From: the human T2T-CHM13v2.0 reference genome, Homo sapiens
Assembly (NCBI RefSeq): GCF_009914755.1
Contig: NC_060926.1
Direction: 5' to 3' (one strand)
DNA length: 64,000 bases
This document shows, piece after piece, positions 55,813 through 64,000 of the stretch (the first letter of the stretch is position 1; each line of letters opens with the position of its first letter). A program made the position numbers and the translations under genes. The notes under the pieces were generated by a model. The model made no database searches. It saw only the letters and a list, made by a program, of their open reading frames with translations, and was not told where the DNA came from.

Positions 55813-58265
55813 GGTGGGATCCTGGCCAACCTGAGGAGACAGGGAGGGAGTGCATGGCCCAAGATGGAACCCTGCATGAATGAGAGTCAGGAGCCATCAG
55901 GGTGGTTTGCACGGGGAAGAGGGGCTAGGCCTGGTGTGGTGAGGAGGAATGCAGGCCATAGGCATAGGGCTCCAGCAGGGCAAGGCTCAGAGTGGTGGCA
56001 GCAGTGGGCATGGAGGCTGGGAAAGAGCGAGAAGTTCTCCAGAAATCAAAGTGGCAGCACTACTGTGGGAAAGTGGTGCATCCAAGGGACATCATCGTAC
56101 AAGAGTCAGCAGGCATGGGGTCCTGAGGGAGAAATCAAAGAATCAGGCTCAGTGGCCTGGTGGCTGGAGGATGATAGTCCCACAGAAATGGGAAAAAGTT
56201 GGAAAGGGCTGGCTTGGTATGGAAGTTGACTGGTTTGGATTGGATGTACAGAGTTCAAGGTAACTTGAAGTGGGTGCTATGTCTATGATAACGAAAAGTA
56301 TCATAGTGGAGTCCAGTGCACAGGCAGTGAGAAGTATGAACACAGGGTCACCACAGAGAGGAGAGAGCTGTCAGTGAGAATCCAGTAGCTCTCTAAGGAA
56401 GCAAGTGTTTCAATTTCCCTGACCTGCACTAAGTAAGATTCTAAGTTACAGCATAAACCTTTACCAAATAAAATAGCCACCTTAAAAAGGTGATCTAAAG
56501 AAAACCTAGCACCTGAATTTGTAGATTATTCTTTAGCCATCCTCAGACAGTAGTCAGAGATCAATATGTTATCACACCAAATCAGATCACAGCAAAAGTC
56601 CAAAACTGAGGACGGAGTTGAGGGAGAGAGGTCTTGCCTCCAGGGTCTTTCCCAGGCAGGTGTATTCTGAATGAGTGACAGCAAAAGCATTCGTGTAAAC
56701 TTAACACAGCTTGGGCCCTTATCTCAATGTACAAGTTTCTGCTGAGCCACTTTTATAGGCAAAGTTAATTTTTAAAAAAGATTAAATTGATGATTCTATG
56801 TAATTAACACTGGTTTCTGCCAATTGAAGACTGGGTGGGTATATGCATTGGAGAGCATGTGGAAGGCAACATTGATCTCTCTATGGATCCCAAGTATGTC
56901 TTGACTGGATAGAGCAAAATTTAAACTTGGAAGAAATAATCAGCACCAGATACAACTGATAGCAGTCAAGATGGCATGGAGTAATTTAGTCAGAGATGAA
57001 AGCAGTCTAAGGAATTCTATTTTAGAGTAACATTGAAAACTACAAACAACCTACCCAGACAATATTTTCTTGATGAAAATTCATCATTGCTGATATAGTT
57101 CTCTTTAAAATATCTGTATTTGTAGACATGACATCCAGGCATGCTTGAGGTCAAATCATTGGAATCAGACTGTCCCTCAGCCTTGAGGCTGAGTTTAGCT
57201 CTGCCCACCTTTGTGGGATCTGCGGGAGTTGGGATGGGACCAGAGGGCAATCAATGTCTTTATTGGCTGGATGGGTGGGCTTGGGATGTTCAGTTGGAGG
57301 ACTGAGTTTTGCTCTACTCAAAGGCAAGAGGCAGAACTCTTCCCAGCAGAGAGCAATGAAAGGTCATAGAGGGTAAAGAGTGAACGCAGCTTTGAGTATA
57401 GCAATCAAAGGCTAAACTAGTTGGGTTAACTTAGTAAAAGCCTTAATGCGTGTCAAATAAGTGGTTTTAAATCTGAGGGTGGCAGAGAATTGTGGGAGCA
57501 TTTTCAAGCATGAAACAATGTAGTCAACACAGCCTACAGGAGGGCAGTCTGTGACTTACACCAAAATAAAAATTGGTCACCACATAAGTGAGCCTTTGAT
57601 GAGAACCTGGCCATAAATATGAGAAGGGGAATGTAATTTTGTAAATTTTCTAGATTAATATTCCTAGAGCTTTCATGGCCAATTTCAATGGATTACTAAA
57701 ACTTTTTTTTTTTCTCGTAAATCTTCTTGGGTTTCTCTTCCCTATTCTCCTTGAGAAGGTTGGTTGGAGAAAGACGACTTTATATATTTGGGGGAGTTTG
57801 TGGGGTTTGAGTCAACACTTGGGGCCATACACCAAGAGAAGAGTTAAAGCCATGGAAATCATGATGGAAGATTGAGATTTTTTAAATTAGCACTGTCAAA
57901 TTTACAAAGGCAGGTGGAGTCTTCTCAATGAAGGTCCCAGGAAATGGAGATAGAGTGTCATCTCTGGGGACAAGATGACCCAAAAGGAAGCTGAACCCAG
58001 GACCTCCTGGCAGTTTAGGGAGGAGCTTTGCTGATGGGAATGGCCTTGTACTCTACTGTAATGACTCTGTCTGATGGGGTGGAGAAGTCACTGTACGGGG
58101 GCCCCTGACCCATGCAGGGGACAGTTGGGGAGCTCTGCCATGTCACCAAGGAAGGACGGACAGCATGCTGTTTACGTCTGTTATAACCACAGTGTCCTCC
58201 TTCACATCAGAAGGGCTCTGAGGCGGAAGTGAAGTCATTCACAATTTCCATTTCTTCCCTTCCAG

Positions 58266-58336
58266 TTACCTTAGAGCAGTTCTCCCTAGCAGTGAAGAGC
58301 TGTCCTGACCAAGAGGACCAGACTTTGTTAATGAAG
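58266..58336 (+). CDS. ACOXL: Internal coding exon of ACOXL (71 nt, phase 1 / phase 0)
   Basis: Acceptor tttcttcccttccag| and donor AAG|gtaggt. G+TT completes Val, then TLEQFSLAVKSCPDQEDQTLLMK; phase matches the preceding exon. Confidence 0.93.
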
Positions 58337-60482
58337 GTAGGTTATCAGATAAAGAACTTATTTCCTAAAGGCTCAGAGCGTTTTTATTGCCCTGAGGAGA
58401 GTTTCATTTTTACAAGCGGGAGTAAATTTATCATGTCTGAATCGTGTGCTCCAGGGGGATAAGCTTGTCATAGGCGAATTGGAGGGTTGCTGGTTAACGA
58501 GCACCACTGCTGCCTGCGGAGTGCGGGAAAGTGACAGGAGAGTGGGTGTCCACATGAGTGGGGAATCTGTTTAACTCTCCAGAGGGCTCAGTTGGTTCTA
58601 TTTAAACTTATCTGATGGAGTCTTGATGCTTTTTTAGCAGATTTATGAGGCTTGGCCAAATTCCACATCTCCCACTATATTTTTAATTAAGACAAAGGAT
58701 TCCATACGTTCCCAGTCTGCTGCTTCCTACTTTTGGCACCTTAAGGAATGCTACACAAATTAGACTGTTCATACTCACCACCAGAATGAGCATCTTATGT
58801 CATAGATTCCTTGCCCTTGAGTGGAAGACAAGCTTCTTCCCCCCAACCCCCCGCCCCAAGGAACAGTTGTTTTATTTCCTTCCAAGTGACAGGAGCAGAG
58901 GCATTTCCAAATGGTATAACCTGCACTTAGGCTGCCTACCTAGGTGAGCCAAAAGTGTGGAAAACCCTGGCAAGCTGCCCACCTGGATTTAATTAAAACT
59001 TTGTCTTTGAAGCAGAGAGCAGTAAACAGCAGCAGATCACAAAGGTGCACACACATACTTTCCCACCACTGACTAAGACTCATGCTTTCACACAGAAACC
59101 TTGCAGACTGACCTTGAGGTACAAATATTTCCATGATGTCACTTCAGTGCTGTACCACCAGGAAACCGCGTGCACCAGGAATTGCATTTCTTTATCTAAA
59201 AACCAGCTTCTTTACCAGGTGTCCTCTGACTTTAGAAATGGGTGGAAAAAAAATAGGGTGTCACTCTGAGGGATTTTCAACTCATTTGCCTAAGATGTGA
59301 TATTTTTGGTCTTTAAAAAAAAAAAAGCTTTCAGTGATGTTAGTTTTATAATAAAGAAGCGCTGCTCATACCAAGTGTTGGGTTTGTCTGGGAACCCTGA
59401 TTTTTCAGAGTCCTGGGCGTCTGATACACTGACTTAGAATGATATAGATTCAGGCACATGGGCGTTTCTTGTTTGCCACGCTTAATTCTCTGTTTCCTGC
59501 TTTAAGTTCTATTCTGCAAGGACCTTTCCTTCCAGGTGCAGGCTGGCTTTCCGTGACCTTGAAGCAGCTCTTGGGCCCTGGATGCTCACCTCTTTTCTCT
59601 GCTCACCGGCCTTTGGTCTTTCTTCCCTCTATCCTGTGTTTTCTCCTACCATTTGCTTCTTGCTTCTCTCTTGTTCTTCTCCTACTGTCCATCTCTCCCC
59701 ATTTGCAGGAGGTGAAGCTCCTGGGCTCCCCTGGAGGTTACATGGGCATCTCAGAGGCATTTTGGGGTACAGAGGGCAGCGACAGAGCCCAGCCCCAGAG
59801 ACCACACCTCCAGGCCTGCTTCTAGTGGTCCTCATGGCCTCCCCGACTTGGGATGCCGCAGCCCCCTCTGAGTTTCTTCACATCTAGAGTGAGAGGTGAA
59901 AAGAGATGTAACCAAAGGCCCCTCCTCCTCTCACCATTTCACCTTCTTGCTGACTTTCATGGTGCTCTGGCTGGCTTCTCTAGCACATTCGGTTAGAAAC
60001 TAACAGATTGGGGTTGGGAGAGGAAGGCTAAGATGGCCTGAGGTTTCCTGGAATTTGCGTGACCTCCAGTGGCGTTCAGTATTTTGTGTCTTACCTGTTG
60101 GTTTCTGCAGACTGTGTGGCCTCAGCAACAGAGGATGATTTATGTGGGCGTTTTCTCAATATTTGCAAATATTTGAACAGGCATCATCAAAGAAAGAAGT
60201 TTCACTGAACAAAAACGTGTGCCGAGTTCATATATACTGAAACTATTTTATGATTTTTTTTAGGAGATTGAGGTTTTCTAATGTCACATATCAGAAGGCA
60301 CCATGTGGGTGTGACAATGGTATGCTGGGTTTTTGTAGATGTTATGTGAGAAAACCTATTCAGGGTGACAGTAGATTATTTTGACTACAGTCAGCCTGCA
60401 GGTGATTGTATGTTTGCTCTAGTGAGCTATCCACTTTGCAGACTGTCTGAAATAAATTCCCACATTTAACTTAACCTCATGA

Positions 60483-60821
<339 letters not shown>

Positions 60822-62390
60822 GATATTTTTTAAAATTATATTTTGCATGCATTCCTGCATTGTCAAACATTCCAATGTTGCATTCTACATTGTCAAGGGT
60901 AATTGAGATCTGAGCACAAATATTTAAAGGGGTACCATTAAAAATGCAGCTTGTATGGCAGGCATGGTCCATGATTGTCCCAGGCAGCCTAATTTTGACT
61001 CAAGTCAAAAGCCCCTCCCTCAATCACATAGCTCCACCTTGCCTAACCTGAGAAGATGCTCTATAGACAGACTGCCAAGAAGATGCAAGAGATGAACTTG
61101 GTTCATCAGATGGCTGAACCAAGGTCAGATTCCCCTGCAAAGACAAAAACATTGAGATTTTGAAGATGGCATAAGCCAGAACATTCATCTGACAACCAGG
61201 AAAAGCAGGAGGGACAGGAAAACAAGTGACTAGCCACCATTGCATAGCTAGTCAGCCGGCAATAGAACTAGGACCAGAAAGCTGGGCTTCTTCCTGCGGG
61301 GCCCACTCAGATGAGCAAATTCATAGAAAATTCCACCACTCCACCCCTTCAGCACCATGAGAGCACACACGGGAGGTGTGACTGCAGTGGAACCATGAGG
61401 GGTACTGTGGTGGCAGGCTTCTGGAGTCACTCTCAAGGCTTGTTAATCACATCCTTGTTGCTGGGGGTCCTGTAAGACAGGAGAAAGCCAGCTTCTCTGT
61501 GATTCAGTTTCCCATCTACCAAGCAGAGGTGGAAGCTGTTACTGGCTTAAGTAACAGACCCTGCAGACCCGAGAAGGGGGCTAGGGAAACGGTACCCAAG
61601 GGTAAGATAGCTGTTATCAGGAGTTGCCTCTCAGATTTCACTACAATTTGAACCATAGAACAATATTTAGATTCCATAAATTACTCATTTGACCCTGTTC
61701 GCGTTTGATCTCCATACCTACCTGTTTCTTCACTGATTCTTAGTCCTATTTGCCAATTAATCTCTTTGGTCCCTCTCGGTCACTACCTTGGAGAGCCCAT
61801 TTGCCCTTGGCTCCACCTGCACTCGCCTGTGACTCCAGGTGTCACCTGAGCTCACGTCCAAGCAAGCTCAGCAAGTCTAAACCCCACCAGTTTCTGTCCT
61901 CCCACCCCCCCAATCTAGGAACTGTGGGGTAGTCTGTGGCACTTCCCTGTCCCGGAGCTGCCATGGAAGTTTCCATGTGTCTGTTCATCCTCTGCAGCCT
62001 CTTTCAGGGTCCTCCATCTCCCTCTGTCCCAGCAAAGAGTACCTGGACCTGACCCCTTAAGGACAAGTTTCTATCCCCACTCTGCCAGCAACTGGAGTGT
62101 AACCTTGAGCAGGTCACTTTTATCTCTTTTAGCCTAACGTCCTCTTCCAGTAAAAGAGGAGGTAAATTAGACCACCCCAAAGACCCTTCCAGCATCACAC
62201 TCTGCAAAGTCATAAGTGAAAATTATCGACAAGGCTGCAATTCTAAATATGCTTGAGAATGAACCAACCTGGCCTTCTACCACTCGTCTCTCTCCTCCAG
62301 GCGCTGCCAAGTGAACTTGCTTGGAGCCCCACGTCCTACATGTCACTCTGTGGATGCATTTCTAGCCTAACTCCTTCTCATCTTTGGAAT

Positions 62391-62530
62391 AGGGTAATCA
62401 CAAAACTTATCATCCAAACATGGATTTTGTGTGTGTGTGTGTGAGTGAAAGGGGCACCATTAAAAATAGAACTTGGATGGCAGGCATAGTCCATGACTGT
62501 CCCAGGCAAACCAGGGCATTGGGTCAGCCT
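62391..62530. mobile_element. MER94-like (hAT-Blackjack) element containing a (TG)n expansion; decayed second copy at ~60896-60990
   Basis: agggtaa...catccaaac...gagtgaaaggggcaccatta...gactgtcccaggcaaaccaggg...ggtcagcct. Confidence 0.7.
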
Positions 62531-64000
62531 AGATTTGAATCAAGGCCAAAGCCTCTCCCTCAATCACATGGTTTGACTTTGCCTAGCAGGCCTCTTTCTC
62601 AGTGCTTGGTCCAGACCCTCCCTGTCCCCACTCCCACTAGGATTGTCCCCTCTTAAAAATCAGAGCCTCTGTTTAGGGTGGAAGTTGGCAGGAAGACAGA
62701 TCTCCTGGTGACAGTCTGCACTCGCACCATCATTTACTGAATGTAAATGATCACACCTCCTCATTTTGTTCTTGCACACCTGGGAGTTTCTTACATATCT
62801 GGCAGCAGCTGCCTCCAATTTGGGTGGGAGATAGCCCCAGCCAGGGGCCTCCATGGGACTAAAACTTCCTGAAGCCATCGCCTGCAGAGCCTCCCTGCCT
62901 CCCTCGGATAAGCTGGAAAATATTTAAATAGAATGGTCAGAGGAAAGTGGCCCTTGCTGGTAAATGCTTCTGACCAGGTCAGGAGACAAGAGCTAGTATT
63001 GAAGGAGCTTTGGCTGATGGGTTATACCTGGAACAAGACAGTAGAACAAGGGTTGGCTCAGAGCAAGCCTTCCCTGCTCTAGTGATGTTGAGTGAGTGCC
63101 TGGAACATTCCCCATGCTACAGTCCCAGCTATGGCCTGGCTCGGTCACCTTGCCAAAGGTACCTGGCTAGAAGCACCATGGGAGGCTCAAGGCAGGCCTG
63201 TCTATAGGTGGATCTGATATCTACCACATTTATGGCAGCACACAGTAGAAAAACCAAGCTGCCTGTAGGAAAATAAAGCTTGGCTTATTTATAGCACTGC
63301 CTTGAATCTCTGCTCCTAAGTTGCAACCTTTGGCAGGGCTGTCATGCACCAGCAGCAACCATGCTCCCTCTTGTTCTAGGTGGAGGGCTGGCTGAGGTGG
63401 GCAGGCTGCTGGTGGTGCAACAGATGATACCTTGATCTAAGCAGACATGTAGAACAGTATTCATAGCTGCTGTCTACCCAGTGGGACATGCAGGGGCCCA
63501 TCAGGGTCGGTGGGTACAGCTGCCAAGAGCTGCAGCCCAGGTTGAGCAAGCCTGCAGAGACAGCTCCCCAGGAAGGCTCCACTGATGGGAGGTGTGGGGG
63601 CTGAATGCTGCTGGAAGCTTCCTTAGGATTTCTTACCAGCCAAGTATGAATGCTGCCCCCAAATGCACAGAGACGCCTGGGAGCGTGTGGAAGGAGGGAC
63701 GCCAGGCCTCCCTCCACGTCCCCTGCCACCATGGTCTGGCCAGATGCAACCCTTTCTCTGTCTAATTACATTTTAAGAAGTCAGACACATTTGAATCCTC
63801 CTGGCAACCAAAAATCTCCAAGAGATCGACATGACTCAACCCTTCAGTCCTCCATGCTTACTGAATACAACTTCTTCCCAGGCGAAGGCATTTTCCCCTA
63901 GCCTGATGGAATCCTGTCCAGAATGAGGGTTTTCACAAGAAAAACAATGCCTTTCCCTCAGCTTGGGAATGACTGTGCATGGAGGAGAAAGGGAATTTTC

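Noticed and set aside
55513-56229. 238-aa ORF
   Set aside because: Starts inside the antisense THE1 LTR and runs into unrelated flank; no domain

Overview
Primate (human-like) genomic DNA, almost entirely intronic. Three small + strand exons (4927-5038, 40685-40772, 58266-58336) have canonical AG/GT borders and compatible phases. They splice into one frame reading [37 protein letters not shown]|[29 protein letters not shown]|VTLEQFSLAVKSCPDQEDQTLLMK, which I recognise from memory as the C-terminal half of ACOXL (acyl-CoA oxidase-like; human 2q13, upstream of BCL2L11). The rest is interspersed repeat: 15 Alu copies, several ancient L1s (one ~7 kb), MaLR/ERV LTRs including a two-LTR MLT1 provirus, MIR, L2 and DNA transposon relics. 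I see no new protein-coding system; apart from short overlaps with the real exons, the supplied ORFs look like noise or repeat-derived frames. The most interesting signals concern splicing and local structure. (1) A 9-nt repeat at both ends of the 35.6 kb intron regenerates the 5' splice site after splicing. (2) A CCAAT-rich local duplication carries a candidate cryptic exon or promoter. (3) An inverted THE1 fragment lies next to a full THE1 LTR. (4) There are two small candidate retrocopies of mRNA 3' ends. (5) An old duplication includes a MER94 plus its flank. Repeat family names and boundaries were assigned by eye and are approximate unless a target-site duplication (TSD) is quoted.
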